64,000 nt of DNA from Alphaproteobacteria bacterium (GTDB lineage Bacteria > Pseudomonadota > Alphaproteobacteria > MPNO01 > UBA830), in the NCBI GenBank assembly GCA_965243135.1, contig OZ251539.1, forward strand, positions 448,001-512,000. Reading direction: 5' to 3'. Position numbers and translations under genes: made by a program. The notes under the pieces were generated by a model. It was not told the origin of the DNA. It was given only the letters and a program-made list of their open reading frames with translations, and searched no databases. The first letter of the stretch is position 1, and each line of letters opens with the position of its first letter. This document shows, in pieces, positions 10,632-21,694 of this stretch.

Positions 10632-11879
10632 TTGAAGCGGATAACGACCTTGGCGCGACCCATCGGAATTGACCTGTTCGCTGGCGCGGGAGGCCTTAGC
10701 CTCGGTTTCGAGGCCGCCGGCTTCGATGTAGCTGCAGCAGTCGAAATAGATCCCCTTCATTGCGCGACGCACGAGTTCAATTTCCCATACTGCCGGACGA
10801 TATGCGCAAGCGCGCTCGACGTCAGCGGCGTCGAAATCAGGAGGATGGCGGGGATCGAGGGCGAAGAGATCGCGGTCGTCTTCGGCGGCACTCCTTGTCA
10901 GGGATTTTCCATGATCGGCAAGCGGTCGCTCGACGACCCGCGCAACGAGCTCACCCATAGGTTCCTTGACCTCGTTCTCGATCTGCGTCCGGCCTATTTC
11001 GTCTTCGAAAACGTAAGCGGCTTGACCGTGGGCAGACAGCGCCGGATCCTGGACGATATGATCTCCGTTTTCGATTTGAACGGCTATCATGTGCTGTCGC
11101 CGCATCGTCTCCTGAATGCGTCGGACTATTGTGTTCCGCAGAACAGGCGTCGTCTCTTCCTGATGGGCGCAAAAGAAGAGTTGCCCTTGCCGAAGTATCC
11201 CGAATCGTGCGGTAAGCTGGTCACCGTTGCGGCGGCGCTCGACGACCTGCCCGATCCCTACGAATATCCCAAGTTGAAGGCATGCGACTGGACAAGGGCG
11301 GAATTCGGCGAACCGTCCGAGTACGCACGCGAACTACGTGGCGATGCAGTGGGCTTCGGCTACAGGAGGATATTCGACGAATCCCTTCTCACTTCTAGCC
11401 TGCGCACGACACATGCAGCGAAGACGCGGCGGCGATTCGCGAAGACGCCTATCGGGAAGACCGAACCCGTCAGCCGGTTCCGTAAATTGGATCCGGCCGG
11501 TCTCTGCAACACCATCCGTGCGGGAACGGGCAGCGACAGGGGCGCGTTCACTTCGCCGCGGCCGATCCATCCGCGCGCGCCGCGCTGCATCACGAACAGA
11601 GAAGCGGCGCGCCTTCATTCCTATCCCGACTGGTTTCGCTTCCATGTTACCAAATGGCACGGTTTTCGCCAGATCGGCAATTCGGTGCCCCCGCTGCTGG
11701 CTCGGGCAGTGGCGTCGGAGATTATGTCGGCGCTCGGGATCTCCCCGGTCGTGCCCGAGAAGCCGCTCGAACTCGGTGACCCGGCTCTGTTGTCGCTTAC
11801 CGCAACTCAAGCCGCTCTACGCTACGGGATTCCCGTCAACTCCGTTCCCAAACGCTGTCGGGGGCGCGACATCGGTTGA
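10632..11879 (+). CDS. DNA (cytosine-5)-methyltransferase
   Basis: Motif I DLFAGAGG, IV GGTPCQGFS, VI ENV, VIII QNRRR and X RQIGNSVPP in one open frame. Confidence 0.95.
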   Translation: MKRITTLARPIGIDLFAGAGGLSLGFEAAGFDVAAAVEIDPLHCATHEFNFPYCRTICASALDVSGVEIRRMAGIEGEEIAVVFGGTPCQGFSMIGKRSLDDPRNELTHRFLDLVLDLRPAYFVFENVSGLTVGRQRRILDDMISVFDLNGYHVLSPHRLLNASDYCVPQNRRRLFLMGAKEELPLPKYPESCGKLVTVAAALDDLPDPYEYPKLKACDWTRAEFGEPSEYARELRGDAVGFGYRRIFDESLLTSSLRTTHAAKTRRRFAKTPIGKTEPVSRFRKLDPAGLCNTIRAGTGSDRGAFTSPRPIHPRAPRCITNREAARLHSYPDWFRFHVTKWHGFRQIGNSVPPLLARAVASEIMSALGISPVVPEKPLELGDPALLSLTATQAALRYGIPVNSVPKRCRGRDIG

Positions 11880-12520
11880 TGGAAAAGACGCCGCCGCCGC
11901 GCCTGCGTGAGCCGCTGCTTCGAAAGCGGCGAAGTTGGAGGCGTCCGGCATTTCGGATGGAAATCCTGCTGATGTGCCCGATTTCTCAGGCACTCGGTTT
12001 TGGTCGTACAGATGAGCGACCTTGGAGTCGCTGTCGCTTGACGATAAGGCGCAACTGTCAGGAGGCTCTCCGATGATCGTGGATATCCATGCCCTTCGTC
12101 GGCCCAAAGCCGATCCGAAAAAGGGCTTGCTGGTTCAAACGGCAACCGAGGTGATCGCCCCGCGAGAACGCCTTTCGGCTCTAAGCTGCGTACTCTGTTG
12201 ATAATGTCTTGAAATACAGGTGGCATTCAAGGGTGCGAAATTTTTTACCCCGAATTCGGGTACGGAAAACAGCGGATTCTCCACGCTCGGACTACCATTT
12301 TCGCAGCCCAAGCCGCGCCGCGACCGCAACTGATCGCCCGGATCGCGATTCGCTAGCTCTGGATTCGCCGCTCCGCGTCGGTACAGATTCCGTTTCTGTT
12401 CCGACATCGCCCGCCTGCGTGACCCTTACAGGCCTGTCAACAGGCGGCCGAAATGGTTCGCGAGGTCCCGAGCAAACGGCATCCGACAAAAAAATGGCAC
12501 AGGGCAAACGCCTCAGCTCT

Positions 12521-12552
12521 ACCCAGTTATGTTGAATTCAACATAACTGGGT
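12521..12552. repeat. Perfect 32-bp palindrome
   Basis: ACCCAGTTATGTTGAA|TTCAACATAACTGGGT, no spacer. Confidence 0.9.
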
Positions 12553-12799
12553 CCATGCCAGACGCGACTTCGTCAACCTGGAGACCGGCTACCCGAACCT
12601 CGCGCGGTTCGCCCAAAAGTGGCTTCGTCACATTGCGGCATTGTACCGTCTCAACGCTAGGCGTCTGGCACGGCCGGGCAACGCCGCCGCCCAGCGGCGG
12701 CTCGCGAGGTTCGCCGGAACGTTCTTCGCGGCGGCGAAAAAGGCACGAGACGCGCTCCCGGAGAGCGCGGCGCAACGCGGCCCTCTGGACTCCCTGCTG
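12548..12799 (+). pseudogene. IS66-family transposase fragment
   Basis: WVHARRDF motif; 12650-12799 is a diverged duplicate of 13050-13200. Confidence 0.6.
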
Positions 12800-15674
12800 G
12801 TAAGCGTTCGGTTGTGGGGTGACGGTGTTGAGGCTCCACCTCCAAGCAGGGGTTCAACCAAGCAACCAGAATACCCTTGACCGGGAGGGCGCGTTCGTTT
12901 CGGGTGCTTGAGACGGCCTTGGGCCGCCCTTGTGTCGAACTGCGAAGACGACGGAGAACGAGAGTTTAAATCCCACAGCCGCAGGTTTGCTCGGGATCTG
13001 TTCGGGCGCCGCGGCGAGTGGCAGCCTGCGGCACCTGACATAGCGACATCGGCTCAACGCCAGACGTCTGGCGCGCCCTGACAACGCCGCCGCCCAGCGG
13101 CGGCTCGCGAGGTTCACCGGAGCGTTCTTCGCTGTGGCGAAAAAGGCACGGGCCGCGCTTCCGGAGAGCGCGGCGCAGCGCGACCCTCTGGACTCCCTGT
13201 TGTGCCATCGCGACGGCCTGACAGTGTTCGTCGACAACGCAGCCGTTCCCATGGACAACAACCCTGCCGAACGCGGCCTGCGCGGTATCAGCCGGTAGCT
13301 CTCGTTCGGGTCGCATAGCGTGGACGGAGTGCGGTTGGCGGGTATGCTCTATTCCATCTTCGGCACGCTGGCCGGCGTTTTGCCGTACCGCTGGCTGCTT
13401 GGTTATGCCTGCGCCCGACATCGCGGTCCGCCGCCGGAAGGCTCGGCTGCCTGGCTGCCGTGGGGCGCGGGCGAGAAGCGTCTGCGTTCCTGGCGTCCCG
13501 CTCTCGCCCAGGGACCGTGAGCGGCAGCCCCCGCCGCTACTGCGGGCACGACTTCTCCGAAGACGAGATCGACCCGCTCCCTGATCGCGGGTGGCCTCCA
13601 CCGCCGGGCGCTGTCCCGGGAGGTCTGCCGACGCCTCGACTGGCGCAACGGCGGCCCAAAGGATTATGAGCGCGCGCGTCGCCATGTTGTGCATGCACGG
13701 CGTGATCGTCCTACCGCCGCCAAGGCGTGCGCCGGTCGTCCGCTCGTGCCCGGTCCCGCGACCGACAGGCCCTTGGTCCCGACCCCCGAGCGTCTCGCCG
13801 ATGTCCAACCCGTCGCCGTGGAGCCTGTCCGGAATGCGGGCGAAGGCCGCCTCTGGAACGAGTTCGTCGCTCGCTATCAGCATCTCGGCTACTCGCCGCT
13901 GCCCGGTGTGCAGATGCGCTACTTCGTCCGGGCTGCCGACAGCGAACCCTTCGCCGTTCTCGGCTTCGGCGCCACGGCCTGGAAGATCGCGCCGCGGGAC
14001 AAGCTCGTGGAACTCCGAGATCCGCCGCCGCAATCTGCCGCTAGTGGTCAACAATGCCAAGGCCCTGCCTTGGGTGCAGATCTATTTTTGCCAAACTCCT
14101 TGTTTTTATTTACGGAATCGGGATTTCCGCCGTCAGGCGACGTTGAACGCCTGATTGTCGTTCGCAGCCCCAGTCATTGTCCGCCATGCCGACTCGAAGC
14201 GACCTGACCTTATCAACGCTCTGAGGGTGAGGACGTTCTGACCGCCTTCGACGCTCCAGCGCATGCCGGCCCGTTTCATGCGCTGGTTGACCAGCACCTT
14301 GTTGGCGGCTTCCACGACGCCCGACCGCGTAGCCGCTGGCTTTGAGGCTCGCGTAGCGCATGCGGCGCCTGTGCTTGCGGAAAAACTTGAGCTCGCGTCC
14401 GAGAACCTTGAGCGCCGTTTCCGTCGTCGCTTTGTCGCGGAGATAGCGGATCGCCGACCTTGTCGACGCCGTCGGCGTCGTCGCGCAGGACGGCGCGGTA
14501 CTTTTCGTACCAGTTGCTTGCGACGGTCGGAGACCTCGTTGAGATGTTCGCACGCAAAAATCGACCGCCCGCTCGTCGGGCCGGAGCTTGTCGAGAAACG
14601 TCCAGTTGTCGGGCGCAGCGTCGGCAACGGCGACCACCTTCAGGTCGGGCCGCACTTTGGTGGGCGACCTCTTCGGCGAGTTGCGCCTTCAGCGTCGCCT
14701 TGCCGGCCTCCGGCCCGAAACTGAGCGTTTTCAAGCGATTGCCTTCCGCGTCCTGGAAACTGACCGTCCCGCAGGACGCCTCGCGCCAGCACGCTTCCTC
14801 GTCTCCGTCCGGGCGAAGCGAAACCCCGTCAAGCGAAACGGCGCAGGAAACCGCCTCGCACCGTTTCCGCCTCGCGGATGCTTTCCATGGCTTCCTGCTC
14901 CTTTTCCTTCCAGAGGCTGCCCGTCGTCTCCAACAGACGCTTCAGGTGACTCGACGACGGGTTCATGCCCCCCAACTCCCCGAAGAGTTGGGCCGTTTCC
15001 TGCGGCGTGCAGTGCTCCAGAAGCAGGAGAGCGCGATAAGCGGCCGGGTTCAGCCGTCAGCCCAGGTCGTTGTCGACCGGCGAGAACGACTCCTTTTCCG
15101 AGCGCGTCCGAAAATACCGGACCGGACCGAACAGCGTGTGGACGGTCTTCTGCGTCCGCGCAGCCCGGTAGAAGACCTTGTCGTCCTTGCGAATCTGGCC
15201 TCCCCTCTCGTCCCGGTCCTCGTTGCAAATCACCGTCCGGCACAGCGCAGCGATCTGCTTACTCAACCCAAGCTCGAAATCGGCGAACGCCTCGGGACCC
15301 TCCCCCTCCGACCTTTCCTTGAGGAAGGCTCCCCGAACGCCTTGGCGGTCGCGGCCCCTTTCTCGACGATGGACGCGAAAGCTCGCACCGCCTCTGCGGC
15401 CACCGGGGAGAGGCTGGAAAGGGACAAACCGTTCGAAGATTGCGAAACTGACATGGGAATGCTCCTGATGTTGTGGGGTCAAGCCAACATTCTGCCGCAT
15501 TTAGCGGTCAGGAGCATTCCTTTTTTTCGTCCTCCGACCCCCTGATCGTGTCAAAATCCGCGCCCGGAACGGCGTTTTGTCACGAAATCGCCGATTTCGT
15601 CCTTGAAGCGTCGCAGCTCGTACTCGAATAATTGTTGAAAATCAACAGGTTGTGGATTTTTCCTTTTGGCAATA

Positions 15675-17318
15675 CAGCAATTCCCGCTAAGGCTTGAAAC
15701 CCTTGGAAAATATGGGGTCCGAAAAAAAATTTTCGTAGACTTTTCGAGGCGATTCGGGGCTATTTGTCTTCGAGCGGAGAATTTTTCTCTGGAAAATGGT
15801 TCGAAGGCGAGGCGGGATCGTACCAAAATGGCTAGAATGCCAGGCATGCGCAAGACGCTCAGCGCTCCGGGATTGCTGAAGGCGCTCCGGGGGGTTTTTG
15901 ACGGCATTGAGGATCTGACGGCGAGTCGAGGCGTCGCTCTTTCGGATTGCCTGATGTCGGGGATTGCGGTATTTGGTTTGAAATACAAATCTCTTTTAAA
16001 GTTTGATCGCGACGCGCGTTTTGATGAAACGGTTCGCAATAATCTTGCGACGTTGTACGGGATAGAGAGAGCGCCTTCCGATACTAGGTTGCGCGAGCGT
16101 CTGGACGACGTGGACCCCCATAGTTTACGCCCCGCTTTCACGAAGATGTTCCAGTTGCTTCAGCGTGGAAAGGGTCTGGAAGGTTACACATGTCTAGGCG
16201 GGCATTATCTTTTATCCGTTGACGGAACGGGATATTTTTCATCTCACAAGGTGCACTGTAAAAGCTGCTGTGAAAAGCACCACAGGGACGGAACAATCAC
16301 GTACTACCATCAGATGCTAGGGGCAGTTCTCGTGCATCCGGAACAAAAGGAAGTTTTCCCTCTTGCGCCGGAGCCGATCACCAAGAAAGATGGAAAGAAG
16401 AAAAACGATTGCGAACGCAACGCGGCGACACGATTGTTGCGCGATGTGCGGCGGGAGCATCCGTTTTTGAAATTGATAGTGGTAGAAGACGGACTTGCCT
16501 CGAACGGCCCGCATGTCAAGCATCTCAAGGAGTTGAACCTTCGCTTCATACTGGGAGCGAAGCCGGGAGACCATAAATTTTTGTTTGATTTAGTGAACAG
16601 GTCACGATCTGTGAAACGTGCCGAATTCTCCGATGAAGAAGGTATAATGCACGAATTCAGATATCTTAACAAGGCACCACTCAACGATGCGAATTTCGAC
16701 CTTGAAGTCAACTTTGTTGAATACTGGGAAAAGCACCCCGACGGCAAAAAGCAACGCTTTTCCTGGGTTACAGACCTGCCAGTAGGAGATCACAACCTGA
16801 TGGAGATAATGCGTGCCGGGCGTGCGCGTTGGCGTATCGAAAACGAGACCTTCAACACCCTGAAGAACCAAGGTTACAGCTTCGAACACAACTTCGGTCA
16901 TGGTTACAAGCATCTGTCGAATGTTTTTGCTAACTTGATGATGCTGGCTTTCCTGATCGACCAGATTCAGCAGAGATGTTGCAATCTGTTTCAAAGAGCA
17001 CAGAAGAAAGCCGAGCGTTCCATCTACCTGTGGGAGAAGTTGAGAGCTATGTTCTTCAACTTTTCACTACCAGGCTGGGAAGCGCTTTATCGTGCTATAG
17101 CGTTCGGATACAAAAAACCGATTCTGGAACCTTACGATACTTCTTGATATAATAAATTTTCGAAGTGTGTAGCAGGTTCTTCAGGGGGAAACATAACCAA
17201 CGAAAGCTTCGGTCATTAAGCCGAACGTTAGACGTTCGTCCTGACGGTCGTACCTTCTGCCGAGAAAGTCCTTTACATCTGATTTGGCACGACCACTACA
17301 AGTTAGCGGGAATTTCTG
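15675..17318 (+). mobile_element. Intact IS (ISNCY/ISDol1-like DDE)
   Basis: IRs CAGCAATTCCCGCTAA / TTAGCGGGAATTTCTG. 9-bp TSD TTGGCAATA (15666-15674, 17319-17327). Confidence 0.9.
15828..17147 (+). CDS. DDE transposase, 439 aa, intact
   Basis: SVDGTGYFSS, VVEDGL, GRARWRIENETFNTLKNQGYSFEHNFGHG. ATG 15828 lies inside the IS ends. Confidence 0.9.
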   Translation: MARMPGMRKTLSAPGLLKALRGVFDGIEDLTASRGVALSDCLMSGIAVFGLKYKSLLKFDRDARFDETVRNNLATLYGIERAPSDTRLRERLDDVDPHSLRPAFTKMFQLLQRGKGLEGYTCLGGHYLLSVDGTGYFSSHKVHCKSCCEKHHRDGTITYYHQMLGAVLVHPEQKEVFPLAPEPITKKDGKKKNDCERNAATRLLRDVRREHPFLKLIVVEDGLASNGPHVKHLKELNLRFILGAKPGDHKFLFDLVNRSRSVKRAEFSDEEGIMHEFRYLNKAPLNDANFDLEVNFVEYWEKHPDGKKQRFSWVTDLPVGDHNLMEIMRAGRARWRIENETFNTLKNQGYSFEHNFGHGYKHLSNVFANLMMLAFLIDQIQQRCCNLFQRAQKKAERSIYLWEKLRAMFFNFSLPGWEALYRAIAFGYKKPILEPYDTS

Positions 17319-17676
17319 TTGGCAATATCAGACCTGCACCCCCTGCCTTGGGTTCGGATAAAAAACCTCGCGTCCCATCTCCTCGCTCTGGTCGAACGAC
17401 GACTGTCGGACGATTAGGAAGGCCGCTACGCGTTGCGTCCGGTCCTGCTTGAGACTTTCTGCGAGAGCCCGCGCTTCGAAGAGACCTGTTGCCAAGCAGC
17501 CAACTGGACCAAGGCCGGCCGCACTCAAGGGCACGGCAAGCTCGAGGTGCGGAACGAACGCCCCCTCCCGGTCAAGAACGCTGAAGCCCCTGTGCGGGAC
17601 TAGAGGCGGATCCTCAACAAATAAACCGTCACCCCCCGACCGAACGCTTACGACCAGAAATCATAAAGACATGAGA

Positions 17677-18267
17677 TCAATCGCGTTTGATTATCTTTCC
17701 GTAGTTCGAAGGAGTTGTAAATGGGTGTTCATTTTCAGAATCTTTAAAACGATTTGATGCGTCTGACACTTTGCGATTGTGACGACGTTCTGCACTGTGC
17801 ACCATTATTTTACCTTGGACTTCGGCGAGGTTTTGATCTCCGCGAATGACCAAATATGCCCTACAAAAGGTAAGCGTAATGAAAAAAATCAAAATCGCTA
17901 CCGAAATTCGGATAATTGTCCTTTGACTCGCTTCAGAAAACCCGGAGAAAATGATTTTCAAGAACTCATCTACGACTTCTGTTATAGCTAGTCCGATAAG
18001 GGAAACCCCGATGATCACGAGAAAAACGGCAAGTCGTCTAGTTACTTTTCGGAACTCTTTTACCAAATTTTCAATTTCTTGTAATTCAAGATCTTCTACG
18101 TTCATTGGCGGTATTCCACGCCCAAGGCGGAATAGGACAGCGGCGGCCAGAACTGAAAGGACTAAAATAATGTCGGATCTAATATCGCTCCATTGGCTTG
18201 GTTCAATAGAAAAGAACGCGATAATTGCGATAACAAATGGGATCAATATTTGCAGAAGCTTCAACAT
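17677..18267 (-). CDS. Hypothetical membrane protein (~4 TM segments)
   Basis: Four hydrophobic stretches; AT-rich; 24 bp downstream of the 18292-19311 gene. Confidence 0.75.
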   Translation of the reverse strand: MLKLLQILIPFVIAIIAFFSIEPSQWSDIRSDIILVLSVLAAAVLFRLGRGIPPMNVEDLELQEIENLVKEFRKVTRRLAVFLVIIGVSLIGLAITEVVDEFLKIIFSGFSEASQRTIIRISVAILIFFITLTFCRAYLVIRGDQNLAEVQGKIMVHSAERRHNRKVSDASNRFKDSENEHPFTTPSNYGKIIKRD

Positions 18268-18291
18268 AGATATCTGCTCTTTGCCGACATA

Positions 18292-19311
18292 CTAGTCGAT
18301 TCTACCGTCAGCCAAAAAACGCCTGTGAACTTCAAAAAGCTGCTCCCTAACATGCTTCAAGTCTAGCAAGATACCTTTGTTACGTATTTTCTTGAAAGGC
18401 ATAGAAGTCTGTAGCCATGTCTTATCGCCTCGAATTTTACCATCTTTTGTTCTTATGCCGAGTTCTCCGTCTTCAATATTACGTAGTCCGATCGCCAACT
18501 CATTCATAAAAACTCGATCAATATGGCGGCGCGTGGCACGATACCCAATGTTAACTTTAACATCAAGAGCGGCATTAGGAGGTACGCTTTCGAAAATTCT
18601 TTCTGCCTCAATAGAGCCAAAAATCTCTTCGACAATTCTTTTTGCCTTCGACCATATCGTCCCGATTTCTGCAAGAGATCTACGTTCTTCAACTATCCTT
18701 TCACGTTTGGAAATTCCTAGATTTTCAGGTGGTTCTGCCACTGGTTCTGTTGCCAAGCCACCAATTTCAATGGATTTTACCTCATCAATATCAGCCGCCG
18801 ATACGTTGAAGGCAGACTGCAATATAATTTCATCTATTTGGTTTATTATTCCCGTTTTCCGTAAAAACCATGTTAGGTATTCTTCCAACGCTTTGGCTCG
18901 TACTGCGATATTCTGAACAATATAGCAATGGTCACCAATCACGAGCCAGTATACGATTCCAGTCAGATAATCGTTCCCACCCGGTGCATTTTCTTCGCTG
19001 ATACTCAATGTTGTGGCGTCCTGATTAGGACCGGTCTCGATCAACGCCTGCATATCACCGGGTGTGAATGCGCATAGAGTGCCGAACGCAGACTGTGGAT
19101 CAACGTGAACGTGATTGAAAAGTCTGTTTTGGTTGCGATCTTCTGACAGCGTTAGTCTGTATTTCCAGTTGTCTATATAGCGGCCACCGTCGGGATGTGG
19201 GCTATGAAGTGCACCTGCGATCGCTTGCGATAGGGTCACCCCGTTGGCAGCTATCGCACCGTCGCGCAATAACCTGCGATAGTGGACCGTAAAATGCCGC
19301 GTCATGGTCAT
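18292..19311 (-). CDS. Hypothetical soluble protein (~340 aa)
   Basis: Long intact ORF in an AT-rich block with normal globular composition; start codon uncertain. Confidence 0.75.
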   Translation of the reverse strand: MTMTRHFTVHYRRLLRDGAIAANGVTLSQAIAGALHSPHPDGGRYIDNWKYRLTLSEDRNQNRLFNHVHVDPQSAFGTLCAFTPGDMQALIETGPNQDATTLSISEENAPGGNDYLTGIVYWLVIGDHCYIVQNIAVRAKALEEYLTWFLRKTGIINQIDEIILQSAFNVSAADIDEVKSIEIGGLATEPVAEPPENLGISKRERIVEERRSLAEIGTIWSKAKRIVEEIFGSIEAERIFESVPPNAALDVKVNIGYRATRRHIDRVFMNELAIGLRNIEDGELGIRTKDGKIRGDKTWLQTSMPFKKIRNKGILLDLKHVREQLFEVHRRFLADGRID

Positions 19312-19541
19312 CGGAACGTCCAAGGCTCCAAATTATCCGATATTCCGCTGATCTCGGATCTCTCCGCGACCCACCGAGCGAATGAAGAACAGCAAACGAT
19401 ACGCGAGTTTGACCAAGCTGTCGACAGTTTCCGCGATTTGTGTGCTCAAAATCAACTTTGAAAGGGTGCTGACATAGAAACGCAAAGCCAGAAAACGTCT
19501 AACAAATTGATTTTACATGATTATTTAGCTCGGATATCCTG

Positions 19542-19915
19542 GTGTGCCGTGGAAGGGCGCTTTCTTCTGGCGGGTGCGAATTCCACCCAACAACTGCTGT
19601 TCCGATCAACTAGAGCGGTTTACAGAGGTGCAGGCTGAAGCACTCTGGCAGAAGGGCGGCGAAGGCCGCTTGGCGAACATGCGGATCTTAACGAGCGGCG
19701 AGCGTTGAGCAGGCATGGGCAAGGCGGGAGCTGGCCCTCTGGAGGGAAAACCGCTGACAGTCGGGAAGAGAACAACAGAAGCGCCGACTGTTTCCGCCGG
19801 GGTGTCGGCGCGCAGATGAAGGAAGCGGCAACACGGGAGGTCCTGTCGGTGACGCGCACGAGTCAACCGGAACCCCGCGAGGGTAGGCCGGTAGGTGGCG
19901 GGAAGGCTCGTTAGT
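19542..19915 (+). ncRNA. 5' fragment of a group II intron (domain I region), no RT gene
   Basis: Starts GTGTGCCG (GUGYG consensus); contains GGGTGCGAATTCC and GGAAGCGGCAACACGGGAGGTCC, typical of bacterial group II intron domain I. Recognised by eye only. Confidence 0.55.
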
Positions 19916-20619
19916 CCGCTCAGCGTCCTGCCGGTGTAGAAGAGCGTGCGTGCGCCCCGGTTTGGACGCAGGCATTTCTGGAAGACAAAAGGCGATTGCG
20001 CAGCGCGGCTGCAGACAGGTCGAAGACTTTCGCGACCATCGAGCGGACTGACAGCCAACCCCGGCAGCCTCGGCGCGGACGAAACGTTTTCCCGGCTCCG
20101 CTGGTTCGGCGCGTCCGGCGCGCCGGGACGGAACCGTCCATAGATTTTTTCTTGAAAATCTGTACTAAGATTCTTATTTTCCGTTTATGTTTAGAAAATG
20201 CGGCTCTTGGGGCGCGTGCGGTACCCGTTCGACCGCCGTGCTGTCGAAGCACGGCGAATTCTTTCTTCTAGTAAAAGCCCTTTATTAACATGATCTTAGA
20301 TACCAGATCCGGTCTACCTGCTTGGCCGGAGAAGACCGCATGTTGGTCGGAGAAGACCACATGCTTGTCTTTCTGGCGAAAGAATTCCATCAAATCATGT
20401 GGTTACCCAAAGGCTTGAACTTCCTGGCGCTGATTCGCCGACGCCTCCAGCGAAGTCCGCGACTGGTTCTGGATTACTTGCGGATGACTGAAAACGCCCG
20501 TAAAGGCACCCCAGCAGGCAACTACAGAATTAGAACAAATTAGCCGTGCTGTCGAAGGAAGACCGATTGACGATTCGGAGGCTACGCAATTGAAATACAA
20601 TTGGGGAGGGGAATCTGCG

Positions 20620-21694
20620 ATGCATGACGGGCTGCCGGACAAGGCTGGAGATCGACGAGGGCCTCGCGCCGTGAAAGGCCGGACGGCCATCAGCCTGTTC
20701 GCCGGAGCGGGCGGCATGGACATCGGCGTCGACCAGGCCGGCTTCAAGACCGTTTGCGCCGCCGATCCGCACTGCGCCGCGCCGCTGCGGCGCAATGCAA
20801 AGCGGAAGACCGTCTGGCAGGTGGATGTCCGGGCGCTGGATCCCGCGAGGATCCTGGACGCGGTCGGGCTGGAACGGGGACAGTTGAGCCTGCTCCACGG
20901 GGGTCCGCCGTGCCAGCCCTTCAGCCAGATCGGCAAGCAGGCCGGCCTTCGCGACCCTCGCGGAGGGCTGGTCTTCGAAATGGCGAGGTTCGCGGAAGCC
21001 CTTCGTCCGACCGCCGTCCTGATCGAGCAGGTGCCGAACTTCCTGCGGGCCCGGACTCTGGACGGCTCCCCCCTGCTGGACGCTCTTCAGGCGGAGTTTC
21101 GCAGACTGGGATACGACATGCGCGCCGACCTGCTCGAGGCCAGCGAGCACGGCGTCGCGCAGCGTCGGCGGCGGGCGGTCATGGCGTTCGTGCCTGCGGG
21201 CCAGCGGTTCGAGTTTCCCATTCTGCGATCCGGGCTTCAGGTCACGGTCGGCGAAGCGCTGCGGGGTCTCCCGGAACCGTCCGCTCCGGGCGGAGAGCCG
21301 CCGTTTCCGAACCACGTAGACGTGACCCCGCAGCGCGAACGCATCGCCTACGTGCCCGAAGGGCTGTGGCTCTCGAAGGCGCCCGGCGTGCCTCCGGACA
21401 TTCTCAGGAACCTGACCCGCAAGGACACCACGAAGTACAGAAGGCTGGACAGATCCATGCTGGCGCCGACGCTTCGATGCGGCGAAGCGCTCTATCATCC
21501 CACGGCTGACCGCTACATCACTCCTCGCGAAGCCGCGCGCCTTCAGGGCTTTCCTGACGGCCACGTTTTCGTGGGACCCATTCGCCGGCGAACCGGCGTC
21601 GTTCGCGACCTCGACCAGCATCGGCAGGTGGCGAACGCGGTGCCGCCGCCGATGGCCCGTCGCTTCGGATCTGAGAGAGGGCCTGTGCCTGTAG
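20620..21694 (+). pseudogene. DNA (cytosine-5)-methyltransferase, damaged by small deletions and read through into the REase
   Basis: SLFAGAGG, GGPPCQPFS, EQV, QRRRR, RQVANAVPP. Probable original stop TAG 21692-21694 is now out of frame. Confidence 0.8.

Larger units (their letters stand above)
14072..17341 (-). mobile_element. ISKra4-like IS, copy D (decayed)
   Basis: IRs GGGTGCAGATCT...TTGCCAAA and TTGGCAATATCAGACCTGCACCC. 8-bp TSD CCTGCCTT (14064-14071, 17342-17349). SGVVEAANKVLVNQRMKRAGMRWS motif. Confidence 0.9.
13516..17624 (+). pseudogene. DUF4338-domain gene, frameshifted and split by ISKra4 copy D
   Basis: RYCGHDFSEDEI, LWNEFVARYQHLGY...LGFGATAWKIAPRD, VVNNA; resumes after 17349 with WVRIKNLASHLL...RPVLLETF. 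Confidence 0.75.
12800..17651 (+). mobile_element. IS66-like element (decayed transposase + DUF4338 gene) carrying nested ISs
   Basis: Ends GTAAGCGTTCGGTTGTGGGGTGACGGT and ACCGTCACCCCCCGACCGAACGCTTAC. PMDNNPAERGLR motif. No matching TSD seen. Confidence 0.8.

Noticed and set aside
13516-17624. Druantia system (DUF4338/DruA)
   Set aside because: No DruE helicase or other dru genes; the domain lies inside IS66-like ends.
20320-20366. 21-bp tandem duplication in a short ORF
   Set aside because: Only two imperfect units and no recognisable product.
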